Made by a program: the position numbers and the translations under genes. A stretch of 64,000 nt of DNA from Candidatus Woesearchaeota archaeon (GTDB lineage: Archaea > Nanobdellota > Nanobdellia > SCGC-AAA011-G17 > PNOQ01), in assembly GCA_964603065.1 (NCBI GenBank), contig CAZRTL010000002.1, forward strand, positions 11,292 to 75,291, given 5' to 3'. Position 1 is the first letter of the stretch, and the number at the start of each line of letters is the position of its first letter. Of the stretch, positions 49,034 through 59,361 are shown piece by piece. A model generated the notes under the pieces. That model ran no database searches and was not told the DNA's origin. It saw only the letters and a program-made list of their open reading frames with translations.

Positions 49034-49707
49034 TTTCTCCCTCCGTTGATTGCTATTTCACCATCTTTTATCATCACTTGTTTGTGAGCATGATTAGCTA
49101 CACTCATATCGTGTGTAACCATAATAATTGTTTTTCCTTGTTTATTCAAACTATTCAATAATTCCATAACTTTCTCGCCAGTTTTAGTATCCAAATTTCC
49201 AGTAGGTTCATCGGCCAAAATAACATCTGGATCATTTGCTAATGCTCTTGCAATAGCAACTCTCTGTTGTTCTCCACCAGACATTTCACTAGGTCTGTGT
49301 TTTAATCTATGTCCTAAATTAACGTACTCTAATAATTCCCTAGCTCTTTTTAATCTCTTATTCTTAGAAATTCCTTGAAAATTCATTGCCAAAGAAACAT
49401 TTTCTAAAGCAGATAAAGTTTGAATTAAATTAAATTGTTGAAAAATAAAACCTATTTTTTTACCTCTTAAAACAGCTAAATCGGATTCTGACATTTTAGC
49501 TATATCCTTATTCTCCAAATAAATTTCCCCTTTACTAGGAATATCTAAACATCCAACCATATTCATCATAGTACTTTTTCCAGAACCAGAAGGACCAATA
49601 ATAGCTACAAAATCACCAGTTTCTATCTTTAAATTAATATTTTTTAGAGCCTCAACTCTAGCATCTCCTCTACCATAGGTTTTAAAAACTTGATTCAAGG
49701 TTATCAT
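49030..49707 (-). CDS. ABC transporter ATP-binding protein (LolD/MacB type)
   Basis: GPSGSGKST, MSGGEQQRVAIARAL, LADEPTGNLD. Confidence 0.97.
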   Translation of the reverse strand: MITLNQVFKTYGRGDARVEALKNINLKIETGDFVAIIGPSGSGKSTMMNMVGCLDIPSKGEIYLENKDIAKMSESDLAVLRGKKIGFIFQQFNLIQTLSALENVSLAMNFQGISKNKRLKRARELLEYVNLGHRLKHRPSEMSGGEQQRVAIARALANDPDVILADEPTGNLDTKTGEKVMELLNSLNKQGKTIIMVTHDMSVANHAHKQVMIKDGEIAINGGRK

Positions 49708-49750
49708 TTTAACTACTGCTGGATAGTATAACCCTTTTTAAAGTTTATGG

Positions 49751-49882
49751 TTAAGAATTCAGAGGTTTCTCTTCTCTAAAGCCACATTCTTTGCAATACA
49801 CAACAAAATAAAAACCATCAGAAAATTTATGTTGACCCTTATGCAATTTACTTCCACAATCTGGACAACTATCGCCTACCAT
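49751..49882 (-). CDS. 43-aa zinc-ribbon microprotein missed by ORF track
   Basis: MVGDSCPDCGSKLHKGQHKFSDGFYFVVYCKECGFREEKPLNS; ATG 3 nt after upstream stop. Confidence 0.8.
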   Translation of the reverse strand: MVGDSCPDCGSKLHKGQHKFSDGFYFVVYCKECGFREEKPLNS

Positions 49883-49885
49883 TAT

Positions 49886-51463
49886 CTACCAAACAACCCC
49901 TCCCATATCCTCAGGGATTGGTTCTTCTTCTATTTTACACGCACTATATTCCCACCTATCTTGATCAAAAGTAATATCACATACTTCACAATATTTGGCA
50001 GGATTATGTTCCCCATCTAAATAACATTCATTTGAAATAAAACAAGAGCTATCATCAATAATATAATCACAACTCCCACCATTACAATACTCGAGAGTAC
50101 ATATAAAACCATCATCCACGCAATCATTATCTAAATAACATTCTGGATCTCCAGAACTAATTCCCCTAGAAACATAATCTAAATCAACATAAAAAAAATC
50201 TTTGACACTAAATCCTTCCGGGTTATCAATTAAAACACCTGAAGTAGGCCTATAACCTCTCCAGTGAGAATCCATTTCTGCCGCGTAATTTATGTGCTCA
50301 TTACCCCAAATATTGCAATATTGATCATCATTTATTCCACAGCAATTTCCACAAACACCATCCCTATAATTTCTCTCCGCGTTTAGAAAATCTCCAGTAA
50401 CTGTGTCTATAGCTACCGGGTTAACAGCAAAGAAAAAACTGTTTGGACTTCTATGCCCGCTTTCAGTTGTTGGAAATAAATCTTCATACATTGGTTCATC
50501 AAAAAGATGCCCTTCTTTATGCGAAGTCATATAAGTGGCCTCACTGATAAATAATCTTGTTTTGCCTCCAATCAAAGGGTGAGTAGCAAGAATAGCAACA
50601 TTACACAATCTTCCAGTATTATGTAAATCGCTAGGTTCTGTTACAGTTCCAAAATGATTTTTCATAGCTCCCGTAGCATAAGCGGTATGTCCTTTCATTA
50701 AATGCAAATTGATAAGGTGATTTGCCTCTGAAACAACTGTAGGAAGGTATTGTGTTTCAGCAGTTGAACATTCGTAATCTGAAAAAATAATTGGTGAACT
50801 ATAATCTAGGATGTGATCATTCGAATCAACAATTTCAACCCCTGTGTTATAAGATTCCCATATTACTCTCCACCAAGAAACCGAGTGAGTATGTATCTCT
50901 CTAGAAACATCATATATTTTTATATTATTTGAACTAAGACCCATATCATTTATCAAAGAATCAACTACAACATAAGGCATTTTCGGATCTTGGTTGGCGT
51001 AGAAATAATAACTGTTCATATTCATTTTTATAGCTATTTTATCATTTCCGGGGGCCTCTCCAAGTAATTCAACCCATGCATCAATAACATTATTGGTTTG
51101 AGTTAGTTCCATCAAACCTTCTCTAAAAGTTTTATTATATTCTTCCAAATCAGTATTATCCACAAAATGATTACCTTCACCATCTATATAATCCCAATTA
51201 TTCAAATCTGGGTTATAAATTCTAACGACTTTATTTTCTGGAATATTATCGGCTAAAGGGACATACAAATCCTTATCTTGAGAATATTTAACTGGCAGAA
51301 TATTTTCGAAAACTGGGTAATTAACTTTCAAGCCATATCCTTGTAAATTATCAAGAATTGTTATATTGTTACTCAAAACATTACCATATAAAAAACCTGC
51401 AAAAGCTAAAACAACAATAAAAATCATAAAATATTTTCTATGATACTTAACACCTCTTTGCAT
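49886..51463 (-). CDS. Secreted DUF362-type protein with Cys-rich C-terminus
   Basis: N-terminal TM; KIAIKMN, EANHLINLHLMKGH, AMKNHFG, AVNPVAIDT; CVDDGFICTLEYC repeat. Confidence 0.75.
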   Translation of the reverse strand: MQRGVKYHRKYFMIFIVVLAFAGFLYGNVLSNNITILDNLQGYGLKVNYPVFENILPVKYSQDKDLYVPLADNIPENKVVRIYNPDLNNWDYIDGEGNHFVDNTDLEEYNKTFREGLMELTQTNNVIDAWVELLGEAPGNDKIAIKMNMNSYYFYANQDPKMPYVVVDSLINDMGLSSNNIKIYDVSREIHTHSVSWWRVIWESYNTGVEIVDSNDHILDYSSPIIFSDYECSTAETQYLPTVVSEANHLINLHLMKGHTAYATGAMKNHFGTVTEPSDLHNTGRLCNVAILATHPLIGGKTRLFISEATYMTSHKEGHLFDEPMYEDLFPTTESGHRSPNSFFFAVNPVAIDTVTGDFLNAERNYRDGVCGNCCGINDDQYCNIWGNEHINYAAEMDSHWRGYRPTSGVLIDNPEGFSVKDFFYVDLDYVSRGISSGDPECYLDNDCVDDGFICTLEYCNGGSCDYIIDDSSCFISNECYLDGEHNPAKYCEVCDITFDQDRWEYSACKIEEEPIPEDMGGVVW

Positions 51464-51514
51464 ATTTAGATAAGGCTTTTGTTTAATATAAACTTTTCTA
51501 AAATTGGCCCATCA

Positions 51515-54500
51515 TCAAAATAAACCTTTAATGAAATTAATTAAAACATCCCACCAAAGAACTCCAGGAGGAGAATATACTCCTTCAGGAGCGACCCAAT
51601 AACCAACCCCCGGTATCAATTCTTGATCAGTAACATCAACGTAACTACCAGCAACATATTCCCATACAGTATATATCCCAACCCCGTAAATATCTGTAAT
51701 TAAACCTTGTCTCGTAACACCAACTAAATTCCAGTTATTTGCATCCAATAAATAATCATATCCCTCTGGCCCATAACCATTCAAAGTCACATTTCCTCCA
51801 AAAAGAGAATAAACAACATAACCTCTTCCCATTTCCAAAGCATTAATTTCATCCAATCCTCTTTGGTAATACAATAACCATTTCATTCCTATCAAATCAT
51901 AAGCTAAAATAGCCTGGGCATCCAATTGTTCTAGCGATGTGTTTGTTACATTAATCGGAACGCTAATAAAATTTAGGCCAGGATTCAAACTAATATCAAA
52001 GGAGACAGCACAATCTCCATCTTGATCATCAACAAAACCATCATTATCATTATCAAAAGTGTCAAAACAATCACTCTCATTAATATAATAAGAACACTGC
52101 GTTAAATTATCATTACAATACTGTCCACTTAAAGAACAATCAGTATATATAGAACTGTCAAATATATTTTCAGTACATGAAGGAATTCCACTATCATAAC
52201 AACTAAAAACATGGTCTAAAATATAAGGATCTACTAGGACATCTTCTTGACATTCAGGTTGAAGGGTATCTGTAGAATTATATTGAGAACAATCTTCAGT
52301 TTGAGAAGAGTTCAAATAAATATCACAACTTGTAACATCACATAAATAATTATTGGTAAGAACATTTTCCCCAACACAAGATAAAGTGCTATTTGACCAG
52401 CCATCACTACATTCAGCAGTACAACTATCCGCATAACAAGAATATGTACAAGTACCGGCAGGAACACAAGTTGAAACACCACCATAATCATTTGATTTAG
52501 GACCACTATCTCCTTCGCATCCTAAGCACCAATCACACAAAGGGTTAGGGCTACATTCACCCTCCAATAAACCAGTACAATCACTAGCATAAACGTCAAC
52601 ACTATCAGTTTGATCAATTCCAGATTGATAAGAACTTGTTTCATCAATGCCACAAGTAGCTATTCTGGTACCTGCACCAGCTCCAACATTACAAGTAAAC
52701 TGATAAGTTCCAAAACCATCATCTCCACCCCCAGTACAACTAGTACCATCCAAATCGGCAACTACGCTATTTAAGGAGTAGTCTTGAACATCAACAACAC
52801 ACTCAATATCAACATTTGAGTTCTCAACAACGGAACTTTGAACAACATTAGCGCTCAAAACACTAACTGAACAATCTCCATCTCCATGAGCCCCATCCTG
52901 ATTATCATAGTCACTTTCACTATCACAGTCATTATCGAAGGTATCCGAACAATCAAAGGCACCAGTTCCCTCATACATATCTCCACCATAGGTATTCCAA
53001 GACCAACTACCACCAGTCACATAACAAGTATACTCATTAACACCGCAATCTAAACTTCCAGTATTAATCTGACATTCATTAGCAGCATTACAGGTCAAAC
53101 TTTGCCCACAATTATAATTGCTAGCAATCACATCACAATGTGCCCCTCCAGTGTTATCGCAAGAGTATTGGTTTCCATACTGATTCAAGAAAACTGTGTT
53201 AACACTACACGTAAAATTATTATCATTACAAGTGTACTGGGCATCACAAGAAATAAAATCACTAACGTAATCATTACCACTACAATAATATTCCGTAATT
53301 GAATCTCCAATACAAGTATCGTCATACTGGACCGAAGGGCAACTTACATCTCCAAGGGTACATAAATCATTATCCATTACACTACCAAAAGTCAGATAAA
53401 TCTGGCCACCATCACTATCTACACAACTATCAGTACAAGATGGAGGAGTATTAAATTGACAATCAGAAATCTCATCACAAGTCTCCGCACCATTACACCA
53501 ATTACCATCATCGCAAATAGTATCATCAGGTAAATTATTACAAGAATCTGTAGTTTCATTACAACTATCAACAGTACATGAGACTGAGTCAACACAATCT
53601 GGAACATTCTGAACTTGGCAATCTAATGTTGCACTACAATAATCTTCTCCATTACACCATAAACCATCATCACATAAACCATCATTTGTTATGTGTAAAA
53701 TACTATCTGTACTTTCATCACAAGAATCATTCGTACATCCAACTCCATCATCTACTACTGGTGGGATTCCTACTTGACAACCAGAAAACCCCCCACAAGT
53801 TTCCGGTCCATCACAAAATAAACCATTATCACACAACAAATCACCTTCATCATCAACTAAAAGACTACAATCATTATCATAACCGTCACACATTTCAATA
53901 TTTCCAGGGTAACAATCTGCTCCACATTGTAAAGGATCATCATCACAATCCGCAGGGCCACAATCTCCTCCATCTACATTGAAACCGTCACCATCATCAT
54001 CAGTACAGCCCAAAACAAAATTTAATACTAACTCCGGAGTCTCTAGATTATTTGCCCACTCACTAACATAAACATTAAAATAATGGTTAGCCATAATAAC
54101 AAAACCATAATCTAAACCATACTGATCAATTAAAGGTTTTATATCAAATTCTTTCCAGCCTAAAGAATTATTTGTAGAGTAAGATACTCCCTCTGCCAAA
54201 TCAAAAGCAGTATTTATGTCTCCACCAATTTCATCCCAACTATTAGCTCCAGTGCCGGAATAATCATACTCATTCCAAGTTGCTCCACTAGGACCATCCT
54301 GATTTCCAATTCCTGTTCCTTCAGTCCAATACTTATTCAAGGGATATATTGTAACAATGGAAGGATCCCCTCCGTCCCAAAAATTATTAATTCTTAATAA
54401 AGCACTCTGCAAAGTTTGACCAGCATAAGGAGCTAAGTTCCATTTCATTAGGATAGAAGTAGAGCTGCTCATGTCTAATCTCCCTTTTGCTCCCCAATTA

Positions 54501-56869
54501 TAATCTGGAGACGTAGAGCTAACTTTAGAATCAACCAAATCATTAAAATCTAAAGTAATCGAACTAATGGGTTCACTAGTAGTAAAAATTCCGCTATCTG
54601 TATTACAATTTTCCCGATTATCACAAACAGTTAAATCATAACTATACTGAGTATTTGGCCCTAACCCTAAAACACTAGCTGTCCTATGAAACTGATCAAT
54701 GTTAACATCAAAACTATCAACAGATTCGTTAATACTTAAACTATAATTAGTATTTTCATCAGTCTCCCATTCAAAAGTAGCAGAATTAGAAGCAGGATAA
54801 ATGTTGACATCAACATAATTCCCATCAAAATCAACAAATACGGGAGGAGTTTGATCTTTATTAACATTTAAAATTGCAGATTGTCCATTAATTAAAGGGT
54901 CAGAAACTATTTCGGCAGATATTATATACTCCTCAACATCGGGAGTAGCATCATTGTCTAAAATCCACTCTGAATTCCACAAATAACTGACCTGATTCGA
55001 GGTTATATTTAAAATCGTACTTAAAGGCTGATAAACAGCTTCATCATCATTAACAGCCAAACTGACCTGTCCTCCCAAAGTACAACCCGAAGAGTTGACA
55101 ACTAAACCAACTTGGCTAGGTTCCTCAATATCTGTAATGATCATATTTATATCACTTGCACTTCCCCAATATACATCATTTATTACACAAGAAAAACAAT
55201 CAGAGTCAGAAGTATCGGTCAAAGCATCACAATCATTATCAAAAGTATCGGAACAAGAAAGTTCAATTCCATCTTCATAAGAAATATTATGACTTAAGTA
55301 AGTACTAACATCACACCCGGGCCAATTGCCACCAGCATCACAAGTTTCTTGCGAACCTAAACAAACACCATCTTGTAAAGGGCAGTTTCTTTGTTGTCCA
55401 GGAGTACACGTAGCAGTTTGATCAAGAATAACATAATCTATACCTATAAAACCTGCATTAGTAACATATTCGTCATAAGATTCATAAACTCCCAATCCGT
55501 ACATAGATTCTGCATCTGCCGCACAATCCATTCCAATACCCCCATCAGGATAATAATCACTAGTTCCACTACTAACATCTTCTTCCTCAGCAATGTAATT
55601 GGCAACACTATCTATAGCAACGGGATCCGTACCAACAAGAATCAAAGCAGGAGGTTCACCCGCACCAAATGAACTCCAACTACTAGGAATATCTGCAGGA
55701 CCAATAGTTGAAGTCGCACTATGTATCTGAGCGTATATTCCATCAATAATAACTAAATGAGTTTTATCCCTTAAATGAGTATTAGCATTAACAGCGGCAC
55801 ATAATTGGGCAGAGTGAAGATTTTGGCCACAACTCCCCCCATTTCTAGAATAACATCCATATCTACTTCCATCAATGATATTTAACTGAGGAGTACCCAA
55901 TCCCTGGTTCTTTAAAGAGAATGTCCCACTATCACTAATTGTAGATTTATGATTTTTTAATAATGCTAAATCAATTATATAATCTGATTCGCTAACAACT
56001 CTTGGCATATAATTAGGATTTGCCCCAAGATCGTCAAAAATATAGGCACCAACATCTGCCTGGCCTAAATCTGAATAAGCAGTTACGTAATTAATATAAT
56101 TATCATCTATCGGAGCAGAGGTCCCACCATAATCATTAAAATAATTATCGGCTCCTTGAAAAACACCAAAATAATAATTATGTTCAAAACGGTCATCTGC
56201 AGACAATTTTTTATATAATTCAACGGGCCTAGGATGAGACACATCATAGAAATAAATATCATTTAAATTAGCACCCAAATGTTGGTTTAACAAATCAGAT
56301 AGTGCATCTATCATAGCAGGATTGTTATCATAGATATTATTAAGCCCATTATTATAATCCAAGCCTGCACTCCCAGCATTATTATTAACTTTTATTGCAA
56401 TTTTCTTATTGCTTGTTGCATAATCTGGAAATAGTGTATTCCAAGCAGAACTAGGAGTCACCTCCCCCGATAATTCTATTACAGCATCATCCAACATTTG
56501 TTTTATAGTGGTCCTATCATAATAATGGTAATAGCAGTTTACATTACTTGTACAATAAGGTTTGCCTGGAGAAGTGATCCAATCTATTTGACCATCCCAA
56601 AAACTACCATCTCTTTTTGCAGAATCAGAATTTCTAACTAATACAACCTTATTTGATGGGAGGGGTGCATATAATATATTTTCTCTAGGTTCAAAAGAAA
56701 GTAACGTTCTTAAAGTAGGGTAATCAACTTCTAAACCATAGCTTTCTAGGGACCCGACAATAGTCATATCAGTACTAGTCAAATAGTTTCCATAGAAAAA
56801 TCCAGCAACTCCCAAAACTACAATAAAAACTATAAAATTCTTCCTAAAGTATCCTACCCCTTTTTGCAT
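51515..56869 (-). CDS. Giant (~1785 aa) surface protein: DUF362-type domain, Asp/Cys-rich Ca-binding repeats, Fn3-like and DNRLRE-like domains
   Basis: KIAIKVN, LLKNH, FSLKN, VGTDPVAIDS; DGYDNDC and DTFDNDCD repeats; CDDGLWCNG repeats; CVDSDGG; start MQKGV by analogy with paralogue (56878 possible). Confidence 0.78.
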   Translation of the reverse strand: MQKGVGYFRKNFIVFIVVLGVAGFFYGNYLTSTDMTIVGSLESYGLEVDYPTLRTLLSFEPRENILYAPLPSNKVVLVRNSDSAKRDGSFWDGQIDWITSPGKPYCTSNVNCYYHYYDRTTIKQMLDDAVIELSGEVTPSSAWNTLFPDYATSNKKIAIKVNNNAGSAGLDYNNGLNNIYDNNPAMIDALSDLLNQHLGANLNDIYFYDVSHPRPVELYKKLSADDRFEHNYYFGVFQGADNYFNDYGGTSAPIDDNYINYVTAYSDLGQADVGAYIFDDLGANPNYMPRVVSESDYIIDLALLKNHKSTISDSGTFSLKNQGLGTPQLNIIDGSRYGCYSRNGGSCGQNLHSAQLCAAVNANTHLRDKTHLVIIDGIYAQIHSATSTIGPADIPSSWSSFGAGEPPALILVGTDPVAIDSVANYIAEEEDVSSGTSDYYPDGGIGMDCAADAESMYGLGVYESYDEYVTNAGFIGIDYVILDQTATCTPGQQRNCPLQDGVCLGSQETCDAGGNWPGCDVSTYLSHNISYEDGIELSCSDTFDNDCDALTDTSDSDCFSCVINDVYWGSASDINMIITDIEEPSQVGLVVNSSGCTLGGQVSLAVNDDEAVYQPLSTILNITSNQVSYLWNSEWILDNDATPDVEEYIISAEIVSDPLINGQSAILNVNKDQTPPVFVDFDGNYVDVNIYPASNSATFEWETDENTNYSLSINESVDSFDVNIDQFHRTASVLGLGPNTQYSYDLTVCDNRENCNTDSGIFTTSEPISSITLDFNDLVDSKVSSTSPDYNWGAKGRLDMSSSTSILMKWNLAPYAGQTLQSALLRINNFWDGGDPSIVTIYPLNKYWTEGTGIGNQDGPSGATWNEYDYSGTGANSWDEIGGDINTAFDLAEGVSYSTNNSLGWKEFDIKPLIDQYGLDYGFVIMANHYFNVYVSEWANNLETPELVLNFVLGCTDDDGDGFNVDGGDCGPADCDDDPLQCGADCYPGNIEMCDGYDNDCSLLVDDEGDLLCDNGLFCDGPETCGGFSGCQVGIPPVVDDGVGCTNDSCDESTDSILHITNDGLCDDGLWCNGEDYCSATLDCQVQNVPDCVDSVSCTVDSCNETTDSCNNLPDDTICDDGNWCNGAETCDEISDCQFNTPPSCTDSCVDSDGGQIYLTFGSVMDNDLCTLGDVSCPSVQYDDTCIGDSITEYYCSGNDYVSDFISCDAQYTCNDNNFTCSVNTVFLNQYGNQYSCDNTGGAHCDVIASNYNCGQSLTCNAANECQINTGSLDCGVNEYTCYVTGGSWSWNTYGGDMYEGTGAFDCSDTFDNDCDSESDYDNQDGAHGDGDCSVSVLSANVVQSSVVENSNVDIECVVDVQDYSLNSVVADLDGTSCTGGGDDGFGTYQFTCNVGAGAGTRIATCGIDETSSYQSGIDQTDSVDVYASDCTGLLEGECSPNPLCDWCLGCEGDSGPKSNDYGGVSTCVPAGTCTYSCYADSCTAECSDGWSNSTLSCVGENVLTNNYLCDVTSCDIYLNSSQTEDCSQYNSTDTLQPECQEDVLVDPYILDHVFSCYDSGIPSCTENIFDSSIYTDCSLSGQYCNDNLTQCSYYINESDCFDTFDNDNDGFVDDQDGDCAVSFDISLNPGLNFISVPINVTNTSLEQLDAQAILAYDLIGMKWLLYYQRGLDEINALEMGRGYVVYSLFGGNVTLNGYGPEGYDYLLDANNWNLVGVTRQGLITDIYGVGIYTVWEYVAGSYVDVTDQELIPGVGYWVAPEGVYSPPGVLWWDVLINFIKGLF

Positions 56870-56904
56870 ATAATCCATACGACAACCATAAATTATAAAT
56901 CTTT

Positions 56905-57222
56905 CTATTGAAATAATCTAAATCCTTTTGCCCCAAATATTAAACCAACTATAAATAGCACCAAAATAATAACAAAACCCCAAAATAATTTAGAAAAAAT
57001 TATTTTTTTCCAAAAAATAACAAAAACATTTGTTGAGCTAGCAAAAAAAGTTTGAACACTAAGAACCATCTGGTTCAAAACAGTAACTTGGCAAGGATAC
57101 AAAAGTCTAGAAGGTCTAGCCCCCACTCTAAAAATAAACCAAAATATTAAAACAACTAAAATAAAAATTGGGGAGTGTCTAACTTTCTTTTTAATACCCT
57201 TTAGATTTATTTTTAATTTCAT
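56905..57222 (-). CDS. Small 2-TM protein with RPSRLLYPCQ motif
   Basis: WFIFRVGARPSRLLYPCQ between two hydrophobic segments. Confidence 0.7.
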   Translation of the reverse strand: MKLKINLKGIKKKVRHSPIFILVVLIFWFIFRVGARPSRLLYPCQVTVLNQMVLSVQTFFASSTNVFVIFWKKIIFSKLFWGFVIILVLFIVGLIFGAKGFRLFQ

Positions 57223-57262
57223 TACTAAACAAAACGCCCCCGGAATTTAAATTTCTATCTAT

Positions 57263-58504
57263 TTACACTTTTTCATAGTAGGGCCATGGGGTCTCACTAG
57301 GATTTGAAAATAAACTCAATCTAGTTCCCCCAGTATATGGAGTTGTTGCATAAGCAAGGGAAATTAAAACTTCATTTCCAACGCCAACAGCCCCATTAAT
57401 TGCGGCCATCCAATCGTTATAGCCATTATAATTATAACTATGCCCAGTATTCCCAACGTACCAATCTCCATACTCTCCATTTTGTCCATCCCCGGGATCC
57501 CCATCAATACCATATATCAAAATATTGTCATATTTGAAAACTTTTCTATAATACTTATAATTAGGGTCGCCAATTTCAGCAAATAAAGTATCAAAATTTA
57601 TATAATTCCTTGTGTCTATTGTTGGACCTTCGAAGGTTCTTCTTGTAATTTTATTTAGTGTTTCAGGATAATCAGAATTATTATAAAAATAAGGTTCCCT
57701 TTCGCCTTGCAAATTAGTTCTATATTTTCTTGCTCCACCATTAACAATTAAATCACTTTTACCATAATAATCAACAAATAAATTATGCAAATCATATTCA
57801 AATTGATTCATTCTAGGATACTGCTGATTGATCCACCAATCATCTTTTTCTTCTTGGGTATGTCCTCTCCCAGGCCATGCTAAATCCATTTCTTTCTCAG
57901 ACATCGAGTCATCCCAATAATTTGGAACATTAGCCCAATCATCCAAAAAAATTCCATGGATAGAAGTGCCATCTGTCCTCAATTCCGCCAAAAAATTATC
58001 AACCATAACTAACAAATCATCAAAGTACTCTTGAGTTTGAATAAAACAAAACGGAGAGCCACTACTCCTTTGATGAGAAGCAATATTTGGCATACCTTTC
58101 GGGAAATTAGCAGTAACAAAATTTAAAGGAACAGGAATTACATCTTCTACTCGGCTTAAGTTAGAAGATTTACCCCAAATATCAATATAAAGGAAGGTTT
58201 TATTTTTATTTTTATTATCAATATAATAAAAAGTTTGTTGACTAGTAACAACATAATCATACCATGAATAAATCTCATCTTCAGAATAACCAAGATTATG
58301 ATCAGAATCATGAATTGTATCACTATATGTAAAAAGAAGGGTAGAATAATTATTTACTTTAGGTAACGTTTCAGTAGGGATTTCAGGAGTAACATCGGGA
58401 GTAACTTCTTCTCTTAAAAAATCTTGAGAAACAAAAACAATCCCTAATAATAAAACTCCTATGAATAATATTAAATATCTATCCTCCTTTCTCAAATAAA
58501 ACAT
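57263..58504 (-). CDS. Putative secreted TIM-barrel glycoside hydrolase
   Basis: N-terminal TM; HGIFLDDW, LIVNGG, TFEG; family not assignable. Confidence 0.5.
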   Translation of the reverse strand: MFYLRKEDRYLILFIGVLLLGIVFVSQDFLREEVTPDVTPEIPTETLPKVNNYSTLLFTYSDTIHDSDHNLGYSEDEIYSWYDYVVTSQQTFYYIDNKNKNKTFLYIDIWGKSSNLSRVEDVIPVPLNFVTANFPKGMPNIASHQRSSGSPFCFIQTQEYFDDLLVMVDNFLAELRTDGTSIHGIFLDDWANVPNYWDDSMSEKEMDLAWPGRGHTQEEKDDWWINQQYPRMNQFEYDLHNLFVDYYGKSDLIVNGGARKYRTNLQGEREPYFYNNSDYPETLNKITRRTFEGPTIDTRNYINFDTLFAEIGDPNYKYYRKVFKYDNILIYGIDGDPGDGQNGEYGDWYVGNTGHSYNYNGYNDWMAAINGAVGVGNEVLISLAYATTPYTGGTRLSLFSNPSETPWPYYEKV

Positions 58505-58553
58505 AATTAAAATTAACAAAAGTTATTTAAATAGTTTACCTTAATGTAAAAAA

Positions 58554-59126
58554 ATGAAGTTTTCCAAAAAGGAAATAAATGATTTATTAAAATCATGGAT
58601 TGCAATTTCATTAGCTTTTGCCATAGTTTTTAATAGGGATTTATTTTCTTCGACTTTCTTATCGACTTTACTAATGTCTTCGATAGTCGTAGGAGGGGCA
58701 TTTTTACTTCACGAAATGGGTCATAAATTTATGGCTCAGAAATATAATTATTGGGCAGAATTTAGATCTTTTGATAAGATGTTGTTACTAGCAATATTAA
58801 TGAGTTTCTTAGGTTTCGTATTCGCAGCTCCTGGAGCAGTTATGATTCATGGTTACCACATAACGAAAGAGAAAAATGGAAAAATTTCGGCAGCAGGACC
58901 TTTAGTTAATTTTATTTTAGCATTATTCTTCATAATCCTTCTTTTATTAGGAATAAATCATGAAATAGTAACTTTTGGTATATGGGTAAATATTCTGATA
59001 GGATTATTCAATATGATTCCATTTGGAAATTTTGATGGTAAAAAAATATTATCATGGGACAAAAAAGTGTACTATTCTATGTTAGCTTCAGGTTTTGTCC
59101 TTTTGTTCATAAGAGGATTGGTCTAA
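58554..59126 (+). CDS. M50 family (site-2 protease-like) membrane metalloprotease
   Basis: LHEMGHK, ISAAGP, NMIPFGNFDG. Confidence 0.92.
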   Translation: MKFSKKEINDLLKSWIAISLAFAIVFNRDLFSSTFLSTLLMSSIVVGGAFLLHEMGHKFMAQKYNYWAEFRSFDKMLLLAILMSFLGFVFAAPGAVMIHGYHITKEKNGKISAAGPLVNFILALFFIILLLLGINHEIVTFGIWVNILIGLFNMIPFGNFDGKKILSWDKKVYYSMLASGFVLLFIRGLV

Positions 59127-59205
59127 AGAATCTTCTAAATTTAATTCTCTCATCAATAAAGACAAAAAGAATAGATTTATATAAATTTCATTTCTTCAAA
59201 AAAAG

Positions 59206-59361
59206 ATGTCACTTCAAAAAAGATGTCAAGAACTTGAAAGAGAAATTAAACAAGAATTCTCCCCACAAAGAGAGGTATCAAGTTTTAGAGAAGTATATCA
59301 AATTTATTCTTTAATTGAAGATTATGTACTAACAAAAATTTCAAAATTATTTTCTAAATAA
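59206..59361 (+). CDS. 51-aa hypothetical microprotein missed by ORF track
   Basis: MSLQKRCQELEREIKQEFSPQREVSSFREVYQIYSLIEDYVLTKISKLFSK; TATA (TTTATATA) ~25 nt upstream; stop abuts rps7 stop. Confidence 0.55.
   Translation: MSLQKRCQELEREIKQEFSPQREVSSFREVYQIYSLIEDYVLTKISKLFSK

Noticed and set aside
59054-59314. 86-aa ORF from the track
   Set aside because: It overlaps the M50 gene and has no features; the 59206..59361 frame fits the promoter better.
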